20,307 bases of DNA from an archaeon (GCA_036170245.1 JAVHOV010000010.1:1-20307), one strand, 5' to 3'; shown: positions 7,839-16,571, numbered from the stretch's first letter. A program made the numbers and translations. Notes: generated by a model not told the origin, from the letters alone.

Positions 7839-8759
7839 ATGGCAATTGATTTTTACGCACAAATTTCTGAAAACAAGAAGATGACTTATTTTTTGTTTGC
7901 TGCTTTCTTTATTCTAATAGGAATATTAGCATTTTTCATTTCCTATATTTTGGGCGGATTTAACATTTATGGTTTCACTTACTTCACTATTTTTGGAATT
8001 TTAATAATTATTTTTGCATTAATTTCATATTACACTTGTGATTCTATTGTTACTAGGGTGTCTGGGGCAAAGGAAGCTAATCCTAAAGATTACAAACAGC
8101 TTTACAATGTTGTTGAAGAATTAAGTATTGCTGGGGGAATTCCAATGCCAAAAGTTTTCATAATAGAGGATTCTGCAATAAATGCTTTTGCAACAGGAAG
8201 AGACCCAACTCATGCAGTTGTTTGTGTTACAATGGGCTGCCTAAACAGATTAACAAGGGATGAGCTTCAAGGGGTAGTGGCTCATGAATTATCTCACATA
8301 AAAAATTATGATATTAGAACAATGACAATTGCAACAGTGTTAGTAGGAATTGCGGTTCTTCTTTCTGATTTAATTTTAAGATTTACTTTATTTTCGCCTC
8401 ATTCTAATTCTGATTCAAAGGATAACAAAATGTTTTTTGTTTTGATAATAGTTGCTTTGATTCTTGCCGCACTTACTCCTTTAATTGCAAATTTAATTAA
8501 GCTTTCAGTTTCAAGAAAGAGAGAATTTATGGCTGATGCGAGTGCGGTTGAATTAACTAGAAACCCTAACGGGTTAGCTGATGCGTTGGAGAAAATTTCA
8601 GAGGATACAGAGCCTCTTGAAGTAGCAAATAAAGCCACTGCGCATTTGTACATTTCTGATCCTTTAAAGAATTCAAAAGGATTGTGGCTCAAGAATATGT
8701 TTAGCACCCATCCTCCATTAGAAGAGAGAATAAATATTTTAAGAGGGATAAAAAACTAG
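7839..8759 (+). CDS. htpX: Zinc metalloprotease HtpX (M48)
   Basis: NAFATG, HELSH (HExxH), SRKREFMADA and FSTHPP motifs, four TM segments, and the classic lemA-htpX pairing. Confidence 0.96.
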   Translation: MAIDFYAQISENKKMTYFLFAAFFILIGILAFFISYILGGFNIYGFTYFTIFGILIIIFALISYYTCDSIVTRVSGAKEANPKDYKQLYNVVEELSIAGGIPMPKVFIIEDSAINAFATGRDPTHAVVCVTMGCLNRLTRDELQGVVAHELSHIKNYDIRTMTIATVLVGIAVLLSDLILRFTLFSPHSNSDSKDNKMFFVLIIVALILAALTPLIANLIKLSVSRKREFMADASAVELTRNPNGLADALEKISEDTEPLEVANKATAHLYISDPLKNSKGLWLKNMFSTHPPLEERINILRGIKN

Positions 8760-10372
8760 TTTTGCTTTGTAGGAAGTTCTACAACAAAAATACATCCTCC
8801 TTTAGGATTATCCTCAACCCACACTTTACCTTTGTGTATTTCTACAATCTTTTTTGTGATTGTTAATCCTAGTCCGCTTCCTTTTATAATCCCTTTTTCA
8901 AACTTTGAAAATCGTTCAAAAATACTTTTTTTGTATTTGTTAGGAATAGTTTCTCCGCTATTTGCAACTGAAATTAAATAATTGTTCTTGTCTTTAGCAA
9001 TACTTACAATTACTTCTTCATTTTTTAAACCGTATTTGATAGCATTAGTAATTAAATTGAAGAATACTTCATGTATAAGGGGGATTGCTTCTATGAAAGC
9101 ATCTTCTTTAATTGTTGATATTAATTTTATATTTTTTTCTTTTGCTAAGTGAGTAACATCTTTGAATATGTTATTTATAACAAGTTTTAGATTGATTTTA
9201 TTATATTCTAAAGGTACTTTCCCTTCCTCTAATTTTGATAGCAAAGATGCGCTGTTTAGTCGGTCTATGAGTCTATTACATCCATTAAGAATTAAATCTA
9301 GAGTTGATTTTTTATTTAGGTTTTTTTCTGTACTTAAAAGGAGTTGGGTATTCATTTTTATTACAGTTGTGGGATTGAGCAAATCATGTCTCATAATATC
9401 TATAAATAAATCTTTTAGTCTATTGGAATTTTCTAATTTTTTACCTGTATTTTCGAGTTCTCCATTTACTTTTTGAATTTCTTTTTTCTGTTTAGTTACA
9501 ACAAAAAGAAAGACTAAACTGATAAGCAAAACTCCTATAATAAAAACAAGTGCTGCCTGTAACCAAACAGGAATTTCAAAAGTTGTTTCTTTGTATCCTC
9601 CTTTCATTTTATAGATTTCCTGATAATAGATGCTTGTCTGGTTTGATTTTAGTTCAATTAAAGCTGAATCTATTTTTTCAATTAGTAATTTGTTTAGATT
9701 AGCATCTTTTGGAAAAGCAAAGAACTGATTGTTTGGCATGAATAATAAATTAGTAAAAATATATTTTTTGTCAGGGTGGGTCTTTTCATAATAAAAACCA
9801 TAAACATCATTAGCTATTATGGCATCTATTTTTCCTTCATCAAGCATCAAAAATGCAGTTTCATAATTAGGTGTTTGGATAAGGTTGCTTTTTATTTTAA
9901 GTAATTTTTCAAGTGCAGGATACCCATCTGTTGACAGAAAAACACTTCCTTTTAGAGTAGCAATTGTTTTTTTATCTAATTCTCTAAATAGAACAGGTTG
10001 AAAATTAGGATTTGTAATAACTATTCCATAACTTGTTATTACACTTTCATTAGGGTAATCTAAATATTTGGCTCTTTCTTCAGTATATGAAACATCTGCT
10101 AAAACATCTATCTCTCCTTTTTCTGCTTTTTCTAGATTCTCTTGAAATGTTCCAATAACATATTCAATTTTCCACCCTTCTTTTTTTGCAATATATTCTA
10201 TAATTGTTGAGTATATTCCTGAAACATTTTCATTTTCATCAATATTTATTTTTGGAGGATTATCAAAAACCCCTATTTTAATAGTTTGTTCATCAGCAAA
10301 TACAAATTGTGCCAAAAAGATTGCTAAAAATAAGAATATTAGCAAAACGAATATTTTTTGGTTAGTTATCAT
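8756..10372 (-). CDS. Sensor histidine kinase with extracellular solute-binding (SBP family 3-like) domain
   Basis: Signal peptide, SBP-like domain (IKIGVFDNPP...GEIDVL...TEERAKYLDY), TM helix, H-box IMRHDLLNP, N-box NLITNAIKY, IFERF and GSGLGL. ATG at 10372 is preferred over GTG at 10426. The stop overlaps the htpX stop by 4 nt. Confidence 0.92.
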   Translation of the reverse strand: MITNQKIFVLLIFLFLAIFLAQFVFADEQTIKIGVFDNPPKINIDENENVSGIYSTIIEYIAKKEGWKIEYVIGTFQENLEKAEKGEIDVLADVSYTEERAKYLDYPNESVITSYGIVITNPNFQPVLFRELDKKTIATLKGSVFLSTDGYPALEKLLKIKSNLIQTPNYETAFLMLDEGKIDAIIANDVYGFYYEKTHPDKKYIFTNLLFMPNNQFFAFPKDANLNKLLIEKIDSALIELKSNQTSIYYQEIYKMKGGYKETTFEIPVWLQAALVFIIGVLLISLVFLFVVTKQKKEIQKVNGELENTGKKLENSNRLKDLFIDIMRHDLLNPTTVIKMNTQLLLSTEKNLNKKSTLDLILNGCNRLIDRLNSASLLSKLEEGKVPLEYNKINLKLVINNIFKDVTHLAKEKNIKLISTIKEDAFIEAIPLIHEVFFNLITNAIKYGLKNEEVIVSIAKDKNNYLISVANSGETIPNKYKKSIFERFSKFEKGIIKGSGLGLTITKKIVEIHKGKVWVEDNPKGGCIFVVELPTKQN

Positions 10373-10443
10373 GTTGAGTCTGTTTCTATATGGGGGATTA
10401 AGTATAAATAAGTATATTTTAGCCACAGTCTTTTTGTTTTAAG

Positions 10444-12087
10444 TTAAATTATTCTATTTAGAATATATTCTGGAGTGAATTCTTCAAAGTCTTCATATCC
10501 TTGTCCAGTTCCAATAAATATGATTGGTTTTTTTGTTTTGTAAGTAAGGGAAATTGCGGTTCCACCTTTAGCATCAGTATCCATTTTAGTAAGAATGTAT
10601 CCATCAATTCCTATTATTTTTGCAAATTCATCTACTTGATCAAGTAATCCTTGTCCAACGTAACTTTCTCCTACAAATAATTTCAGATCTGGTTTTGCAA
10701 CCCTTTCAAGTTTCTTTAGTTCTTCCATCAAATTTTTATTAGTTTCTTGTCTTCCTGCAGAATCTATTATTACTACATCAATTTTTCCTGCTTTTGCAGC
10801 ACTGATTGCATCAAAAGCAATTGCAGCAGGATCTGCGCCGTACTGGTGTTTGATTACTCTTACCCCTAAGTTTTTGGCATGTATTTCTATTTGGTCAATT
10901 GCTCCTGCTCTGAATGTATCCCCTGCAGCAAGTATGCAAGTTAATTTATTTTTTTGAAAATAATTTACAAGTTTTGCAATAGATGTAGTTTTTCCGGCTC
11001 CGTTTGGGCCCAAAATTAATATTTTGTAGGGTTCTCCATTTCTTTTAGCTTCTCTAGCATTATCAAGCACATTAATTTTTTCAGTTTTCATCATTTCAGT
11101 TAATATTTCTTTGATTTGTTCTTGCAAGTATAGGTCAATATTTTTTGCTAGTACTTTTTTTCCTACAAGTCTTTGTTTTATTTGGTTTACAAGTTCTGTG
11201 GCAGCATCTTGTTCAACATCGCTTTCAATTAAACTAAGTTCCAGTTCAAAGAGCAAATCCTTAATTTGTTTTTCGCTTATTTCTACTCTGCCAAAAATAA
11301 GTCCTTTCAGCCCGCTTCCTACTCCTATCTTTGCCTTTAATTCTCTTTTGTCTTCATCAACTTTTAGGACGTGAATATTTCGTGGTTTTTCTTTTCTTTG
11401 TGATTCTTCTTTTTCTTCTTCTTTAATTAATTCTTCTTCTGCTTCTTCAACTTCATCTTCAATTTCTTCTTCAGAGTTTTCTATTTCTTCTGTTTCTTCC
11501 TTAACAGTCGGTTTTGTTTCCTCAATTATTTTTTTTACTTCAGGTTTAGTTTCTTTTATTGGTTCAATTTTAATTGGTTCTTCTTTAATTTCAACTTCTT
11601 TTTCTTTTACCTGTTGCTGTTTTTCTTCTTTTTGTACTTTCTCAACTTTTTCTTCAATTTTAATTTCTTTTTTTTCTTTGAGTATTTGTTCTTTTTTTCC
11701 AAATCCGAATATTTTGCTTAAAATCCCTTTTGCTTTTGGTTTTTCTTCAAGAAGAAGTTCTTTTTTTGGTTCTGCAAGTTCTTTAGGTTTTTCTTCTTTT
11801 TTATCTTCAATAAGGTTAACTTTCTTTTCCTGTTTTGGTTTTTCTATTTTTTTAATCTCGGGTTTTTTTGTTTCTTTAATTAAAACAGTTTTCTTTTCTT
11901 CAACAACTTTTTTAGTTTCTTTTTTTTCAACTTGTTTTGGCTTTGTTTCTTTTATTGGTTTGTTGATTTCTTCTTTTTTTAGTTCAGTTTTAGTTTCTTC
12001 GTTTGTTTTTGAAGTTTCTTCTTTAGAAATAGTTTGTTTTAATTTATTACTAAAATCAGCAAGTTTTTGTTTTAGGAATCCAAACAT
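10444..12087 (-). CDS. ftsY: SRP receptor FtsY with long charged N-terminal domain
   Basis: GPNGAGKTT, DTFRAGA, DSAGR, TKMDTDAKGG and GTGQ motifs, preceded by a ~250-aa E/K-rich A-domain. Confidence 0.97.
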   Translation of the reverse strand: MFGFLKQKLADFSNKLKQTISKEETSKTNEETKTELKKEEINKPIKETKPKQVEKKETKKVVEEKKTVLIKETKKPEIKKIEKPKQEKKVNLIEDKKEEKPKELAEPKKELLLEEKPKAKGILSKIFGFGKKEQILKEKKEIKIEEKVEKVQKEEKQQQVKEKEVEIKEEPIKIEPIKETKPEVKKIIEETKPTVKEETEEIENSEEEIEDEVEEAEEELIKEEEKEESQRKEKPRNIHVLKVDEDKRELKAKIGVGSGLKGLIFGRVEISEKQIKDLLFELELSLIESDVEQDAATELVNQIKQRLVGKKVLAKNIDLYLQEQIKEILTEMMKTEKINVLDNAREAKRNGEPYKILILGPNGAGKTTSIAKLVNYFQKNKLTCILAAGDTFRAGAIDQIEIHAKNLGVRVIKHQYGADPAAIAFDAISAAKAGKIDVVIIDSAGRQETNKNLMEELKKLERVAKPDLKLFVGESYVGQGLLDQVDEFAKIIGIDGYILTKMDTDAKGGTAISLTYKTKKPIIFIGTGQGYEDFEEFTPEYILNRII

Positions 12088-12127
12088 ATCCTTTCATCTC
12101 TTTTAAGCGTAAAGATTGGTTAGGGGC

Positions 12128-12604
12128 TTATTTTGAAAGTGTTGGGGGTGCTTGTTTTGCCTTTAGAATTCTTTTTTTCTTTTCAGCATCTATTTGCTTT
12201 AGTATTCCAATGTAATTAGTTAATCTGTCCTGTCCTGCTTTCATTTCAGCTTGAACTTTAGTCATTTGTTTTTTTATTTGTTCTTCTTTTTTATTCAGCC
12301 AATTCAAAGTTTCTTCAACACTGTCTTCTTTGTAAGCATTCTCTGCCAAAGCTCTTTTACATTTTTCAGTGTTAGTTACTTGCCCTTCTATTAAAATTGT
12401 TGCGCCTATATTGAACATTATTTTTCCTTTATTTGTTTTTATTTCTTTTAAAATTTCTTTAGCAGTGAGCGTTTCGCCTAACATATGGCCTATTTTTTCA
12501 AGCATAGCCTGCCTGTTGTGTAATGCACTTTCTTCCTGTTGAGCCATTTGCATTAGTTGCTGTTCATTAACAGTAACTTCTTTTTTTGGGGTTTCTTGCG
12601 CCAT
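12128..12604 (-). CDS. pfdA: Prefoldin alpha subunit
   Basis: Coiled coil / beta-hairpin (IMFNIGATILIEG) / coiled coil architecture in the conserved position between LX and ftsY. The likely start is ATG 12604, 1 nt after the LX stop. Confidence 0.8.
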   Translation of the reverse strand: MAQETPKKEVTVNEQQLMQMAQQEESALHNRQAMLEKIGHMLGETLTAKEILKEIKTNKGKIMFNIGATILIEGQVTNTEKCKRALAENAYKEDSVEETLNWLNKKEEQIKKQMTKVQAEMKAGQDRLTNYIGILKQIDAEKKKRILKAKQAPPTLSK

Positions 12605-12605
12605 T

Positions 12606-12782
12606 TTAATTTGCTCCCTTGAGTGTCTTAATCTTAATATCATGTCTTTTCAAATTGTTTTTGCTTCCGAATTCTGCATATATTTTTTCTTTAGCAGCTT
12701 TTTCGCTAGTAGCTTCTAATTCTTTTGTGAATTTGTGTTCTTCTCCTTTTTTTAAGAATATCCCTGTTGCTATGAATTTCAT
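12606..12782 (-). CDS. rpl18a: 50S ribosomal protein L18Ae/LX (eL20), not in ORF track
   Basis: Hand translation gives MKFIATGIFLKKGEEHKFTKELEATSEKAAKEKIYAEFGSKNNLKRHDIKIKTLKGAN* (58 aa), with the FTKE..A.....A.EK.Y...GSK..LKR..I.I signature. Lies between eif6 and pfdA. Confidence 0.9.
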   Translation of the reverse strand: MKFIATGIFLKKGEEHKFTKELEATSEKAAKEKIYAEFGSKNNLKRHDIKIKTLKGAN

Positions 12783-12843
12783 CCTTTCATCTCCTTTAAT
12801 TTTATTTTTAAAAACAAATATATTACTTACTTTTAATTAAATT

Positions 12844-13494
12844 TCATTCTAATGCTTCTTCTATCTTATTTATTTCAAAAGGAGTTGTCTGTTCTCCTAA
12901 AACCATTCCTTTCTTGTTTGCAAGGATGGAGTTTCTTACTAAATAATCTCCTGTGTTTGCAGTACTGCTTCCGCCTTTTACTTTTAGTATTTCTTCTAAT
13001 TTCATCCCTTCTTCTTTAGTAATAAAGGGATTTACCAAAAATCCACTGTTTGTAGTTACTATGCTTGAGCCTGTTATTTCAGTTCTTCCAATATTTGTCT
13101 GGTAAACTGTAAGGCCAGTTTTTTCAAGTTCTTTGATTGTTTTTTGTGCAAGTGATTTTGAAACAATTGCTGCTGTGTCATTTAGTTCAACCAAATTTCC
13201 TAAGGTTTGTTCTGTGTCAAGTACTTTTACTTTTATTTCTTTTTCTATTAGTTCAATTTCGCTTGGCTGTGCAAAACTTGGCAAGTATGCGTACTTGTTG
13301 TTCATTTTTGCAAAAACTGCTACTAAAGGGCTTTCGTAAATATTTGTTTTTAGTGTTTTTACATCAAGTGTGCTTGCAACATTTTTTTCGCTTTTTTCTT
13401 CTACTGATGCAGGTAGTATGCATAAAGAATCATTTGTTATTCCAAATAGTCCTGTGTAGATGGACCCCATTATTCTTGTTCGTATTATATTCAT
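12844..13494 (-). CDS. eif6: Translation initiation factor 6 (aIF6)
   Basis: GSIYTGLF, LGNLVELND, GSSIVTTNSGFLVNP, TANTG and GEQTTPFEINKIEEAL repeats, in syntenic position. ATG at 13494, alternative GTG at 13503. Confidence 0.92.
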   Translation of the reverse strand: MNIIRTRIMGSIYTGLFGITNDSLCILPASVEEKSEKNVASTLDVKTLKTNIYESPLVAVFAKMNNKYAYLPSFAQPSEIELIEKEIKVKVLDTEQTLGNLVELNDTAAIVSKSLAQKTIKELEKTGLTVYQTNIGRTEITGSSIVTTNSGFLVNPFITKEEGMKLEEILKVKGGSSTANTGDYLVRNSILANKKGMVLGEQTTPFEINKIEEALE

Positions 13495-13525
13495 AATTTT
13501 CACTTTTTAATAAATAAAAATAAGG

Positions 13526-13593
13526 AACTTAGGGGTAAAAAACCCCTAAGTTACAATTAATTATCCTGCAAAATGAATTTATCTTCATTTTGC
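13526..13593 (-). other. Two perfect stem-loops in the rpl31e-eif6 spacer
   Basis: AACTTAGGGGT-N5-ACCCCTAAGTT (13526-13552) and GCAAAATGAA-N6-TTCATTTTGC (13568-13593). On the minus strand the former is followed by a T-rich tract. Confidence 0.6.
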
Positions 13594-13618
13594 GTCTAAA
13601 AAACTCCTTTGAAGTTTT

Positions 13619-14014
13619 TTACTCTTTTTTTGCTGTTTTCTTTTCAGCTTTCTTCTCTTCTTTTTTTGGTTCTGCAGCTTTTGCTGTAGTTTCTGTTTTT
13701 GGTGCTGCTTCTTTTTCTCCTTTCACAGTTTTTTTGTCTTGCTTTGCTTCATATTTTTCTTCTGGAAGCATTATTCTTGCAATATCCTTATCCTTAACAA
13801 CTTTAACAGTTATTTTTCTTTGAGCCATATATCTTCCTCTGCTCCAAAGTAACTCGTTTAGTTTGTTACTGATTTTGAATTCTTTTAATCTAGTTTCTTT
13901 TTTTACACCTTCGCAAATTACATGTTTTGCTCCAATAACTCTTTTTGTTGTTGGTTTCAAAAACACTTTTGACAGGTTAATTGTGATTGTTTTTTCTTTA
14001 AATTCTTTAGCCAT
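13619..14014 (-). CDS. rpl31e: 50S ribosomal protein L31e with Lys/Glu/Ala-rich C-terminal extension
   Basis: EKTITINL...KISNKLNELLWSRG...KITVKV signature and synteny. SD GAGGTGA at 14027-14021 favours ATG 14014. Confidence 0.88.
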   Translation of the reverse strand: MAKEFKEKTITINLSKVFLKPTTKRVIGAKHVICEGVKKETRLKEFKISNKLNELLWSRGRYMAQRKITVKVVKDKDIARIMLPEEKYEAKQDKKTVKGEKEAAPKTETTAKAAEPKKEEKKAEKKTAKKE

Positions 14015-14025
14015 CTTCATTCACC

Positions 14026-14286
14026 TCATTGTACCTTTTCTGTGACTCTTGCTGAGTGTTTCTTATGGTCACCGCTCTTTTTGTTTCTTCTTAATTGTTT
14101 GTGCTTTGCTTTGTTGAACTTGATTTTTATATCAATATTTTTCCAAGTTCTTTTTTGCTTTGTAGCCCAAAGTCTCTTTCCGGCTTTTTGCATTAACCAA
14201 ACAGGAGCGTTAGTTAAGCCAGACCCGATTTTTTTTCTTTCACTTATCATGAAGTCTTTGAATTCCTTATCCTTGTGTCTAGCCAT
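14026..14286 (-). CDS. rpl39e: 50S ribosomal protein L39e, divergent and C-terminally extended
   Basis: MARHK...APVWLMQKAGKR...KRTWK matches the L39e P.W...K...R.W pattern. Sits directly upstream of rpl31e. Confidence 0.75.
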   Translation of the reverse strand: MARHKDKEFKDFMISERKKIGSGLTNAPVWLMQKAGKRLWATKQKRTWKNIDIKIKFNKAKHKQLRRNKKSGDHKKHSARVTEKVQ

Positions 14287-14288
14287 TT

Positions 14289-14861
14289 TTAATCACTCTC
14301 CTCTGTTTTGCTTACTTTTTGAGTAGCTTTTTTTGCATCTGGTTTCAAGTGCCCTCTATCTTGCATCTTAAGTGTGTCTTGAACTTCTTTTCTTCTCTTT
14401 TCATCAAATGCTTTCTTTGCTTTAGGCTTGTTAGTGTATACTCCTGCTTTCATGTTCTTTTCAGCAATCTTTGACATTGCATTTAGTAATTTGAAACCTT
14501 TTATTGAAAGTTTTCTTCCTTTTGGTTTTGCTTTTTCTAAGTATCCAACTTTTTCAAGTTCTTGTACGCAAGTTCGAATTACTTTTCCGCCTGCTTTGTA
14601 GTGGTGTTCTTTCTTGACTCCTCTATTTTTTCTTCCACCATAATAAGTTCTTAGTGCTTCAGTACCAAGTACTCCCCATTTGTGGGCTCTGTACATTATA
14701 CTAGCCATTCTCACATAGAACCAATCAGCTCTTTGTGGTGCTCTTTCACTGTGTACACCAGTTTTTACGTATTGCATCCATTCAGGCTGCACTACTTCTT
14801 CTTTTAATTTTGTAGCAGTTTCTTCAATTAAGTAGTCTGCCGGTACATCTTGTATTCCCAT
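14289..14861 (-). CDS. rps19e: 30S ribosomal protein S19e with C-terminal extension
   Basis: DVPAD...PEWMQYVKTGVHSERAPQ..DWFYVRMASI...YGGRKNRG...GGKVIR..VQELEK.G. ATG at 14861 has SD AGGTGA at 14874-14869. Confidence 0.96.
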   Translation of the reverse strand: MGIQDVPADYLIEETATKLKEEVVQPEWMQYVKTGVHSERAPQRADWFYVRMASIMYRAHKWGVLGTEALRTYYGGRKNRGVKKEHHYKAGGKVIRTCVQELEKVGYLEKAKPKGRKLSIKGFKLLNAMSKIAEKNMKAGVYTNKPKAKKAFDEKRRKEVQDTLKMQDRGHLKPDAKKATQKVSKTEESD

Positions 14862-14886
14862 TCGTATATCACCTTTGACATTTTTC

Positions 14887-14935
14887 AGTCTTAATTTCGT
14901 GCTCAATCGGGCAAAAGCCCAAGAGCGAGTAGACT
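14887..14935 (-). promoter_or_regulatory. Structured 5' leader of the rps19e operon
   Basis: Minus strand AGTCT-AC-TC-GCTC-TTGGGC-TTTT-GCCCGA-TT-GAGC-AC-GA-AATTA-AGACT forms a long interrupted GC-rich stem. A TATA-like TTTTAAGG at 14968-14961 puts the start site just upstream of it. Confidence 0.55.
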
Positions 14936-14985
14936 TAATACAAAAGACCCTCTTAGAAAGCCTTAAAAAGCTTGATTTTTGGCCT

Positions 14986-15252
14986 TTAGATGATTTCTAT
15001 TTCTTTGATTTTTATTTTTGTTTCATTTAGGTTCAAAAACAAGTTTGGTTCGTTTTGGATAGGGTCTTCTGATAGGTTGAGAAGTCCTCTTAGTCCATCA
15101 AGTTGGTTGTTGTACTCATTTCCAGAGTTTTGATCATTAGTTTGGGTGATGATTCCGCTTATGCCGATTATTACTACTGCAACAACAAGAATCGAAGCAC
15201 CAATCATCAACAAATACTCAAGAGCCCCTTGTGCTTTTTGATTTCTTTTCAT
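14986..15252 (-). CDS. Class III signal peptide protein (small pilin-like)
   Basis: MKRNQKA/QGALEYLLMIGASILVVAVVII: K-A cleavage site, Q+1, E+5 and a hydrophobic helix. Confidence 0.85.
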   Translation of the reverse strand: MKRNQKAQGALEYLLMIGASILVVAVVIIGISGIITQTNDQNSGNEYNNQLDGLRGLLNLSEDPIQNEPNLFLNLNETKIKIKEIEII

Positions 15253-15348
15253 AATATATTTAAGCTTCTTTCTTTTTATTAAACTTAACTTTGAGTATAT
15301 TTTTACGTTAAAGCAAAGTTTATATTAAAGATTTGTATTACTTTGAAT

Positions 15349-15675
15349 ATGAAAAATATTATTTTACTATTAGTTGTTTTAGCTTTGGTTTTTGGGTGTA
15401 CTCAAGAGCAAGGGACTCAAATTAATAATGAAAATAATAAGAATTTAGTTGATTCAAATATTCCTTCAACTCCGTTTTCAGGAACTTTTGGGATTGCTAT
15501 TCACAATCAAATTGTGGCTACTAATAACATAAATAATTGTAGCCAACTTTTAGATCAAAATAAAATAGATGCTTGTGTTTTTGAAATTTCAGTTAAAAAC
15601 AAAAACAAAGATTGGTGTGCTTCAATTGTCAATATTTTGATTAAATCAAAATGCGAATCAGTTATAAAAAATTAA
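15349..15675 (+). CDS. Putative lipoprotein with C-terminal four-Cys motif
   Basis: MKNIILLLVVLALVFG-C lipobox-like start and C-terminal C..L......DAC.......K..WCASI......C. TATA TTTATATT at 15319-15326 supports a leaderless ATG at 15349. Confidence 0.78.
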   Translation: MKNIILLLVVLALVFGCTQEQGTQINNENNKNLVDSNIPSTPFSGTFGIAIHNQIVATNNINNCSQLLDQNKIDACVFEISVKNKNKDWCASIVNILIKSKCESVIKN

Positions 15676-15691
15676 TTTTTCGTGTCTATTT

Positions 15692-16546
15692 TTATTCTGT
15701 TCTTGTAAAACTTAAAGTCATACAATAATTTGAATAATCAATCCTTCCAACTCTATAATATTTTCCTTCTGGTGTTTTAGCACAAAAATAAGTTGTATAA
15801 TAAAAATAATCATATGGTATTTGTGTTGTTGAATAATAAAACCCATCATTTGATCCACAGTTAGGGTAATTGTTAGTTGTTGCTAGTTCAGCCCCATTTT
15901 CTGGAAAAAAGGATCCTACCCAATAGTAGTAGTTATCTTGTATTTTTGCAAAATCTGCTTCTGTTGATCCATAAGGGGTCATATTTCCATTAGTTAAATC
16001 TAGCCAATCTTCTCCATCACAAATATACGCTTGAATTATTGTGCCTAAAGGTACTACTGAACAAAAAGAATCTGAAGCGCAATCCAAATCTTTGCAATCC
16101 ATTGATCCATCTAAATCATCATCAATTTTATTGTTGCACACTTCAACTTTTGTATTATCTAAAAAAGTAAGGTTTTCTTTTGTTATAGTTCCTGACGAAG
16201 TTGTTGTGGTTACTTTTATTGTGTTTCCATTTTTTATGATTGTATTTCCAGTGCAAGTAGTTCCTAAACAAATTGTAACTCCGGTTGAAGTTTTTTGTAA
16301 ATTTTGTATATTAGTATCAGGTCCGCCATATTGCATATACATTGTGCTTTGGTTTTTTATAAAATATAAATTTTTTAGTTCTGCTTGCTGTTTGTCAAAT
16401 GCATCAAAGGTACTTTCATTGTATGTTGATTCTTGTTTTGCCGTATTAAATACTCCTGAAAGTGCAATTATTACAACAGCCACCACAAGTATTGCAGCTC
16501 CTATTATTAGTAAGTATTCTATTGCTCCTTGTCCTTTCTTGTTCAT
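15692..16546 (-). CDS. Class III signal peptide protein (large pilin/adhesin-like) with Asp/Cys metal-binding-type motif
   Basis: MNKKG/QGAIEYLLIIGAAILVVAVV, internal EVCNNKIDDDLDGSMDCKDLDC and a Tyr-rich C-terminal domain. Confidence 0.85.
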   Translation of the reverse strand: MNKKGQGAIEYLLIIGAAILVVAVVIIALSGVFNTAKQESTYNESTFDAFDKQQAELKNLYFIKNQSTMYMQYGGPDTNIQNLQKTSTGVTICLGTTCTGNTIIKNGNTIKVTTTTSSGTITKENLTFLDNTKVEVCNNKIDDDLDGSMDCKDLDCASDSFCSVVPLGTIIQAYICDGEDWLDLTNGNMTPYGSTEADFAKIQDNYYYWVGSFFPENGAELATTNNYPNCGSNDGFYYSTTQIPYDYFYYTTYFCAKTPEGKYYRVGRIDYSNYCMTLSFTRTE

Positions 16547-16571
16547 AATTATAACACTCTTTTTTAATTTA

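Noticed and set aside
11380..12030. Low-complexity TTC/TTT-rich DNA as a tandem repeat
   Set aside because: It is explained by the Glu/Lys-rich FtsY N-terminal domain, and there is no discrete repeat unit.
13529..13588. 19-codon minus-strand ORF MKINSFCRIINCNLGVFYP overlapping the two hairpins (possible leader peptide)
   Set aside because: The SD-like AAAGGAG is rather far from the ATG, the ATG lies in a stem and there is no distinctive codon bias. There is no support beyond an open frame.
15692..16000. Tyr/Asn-rich pilin C-terminus as a DGR variable region
   Set aside because: I found no reverse transcriptase and no template repeat differing at adenines in the window. It is left only as a check.
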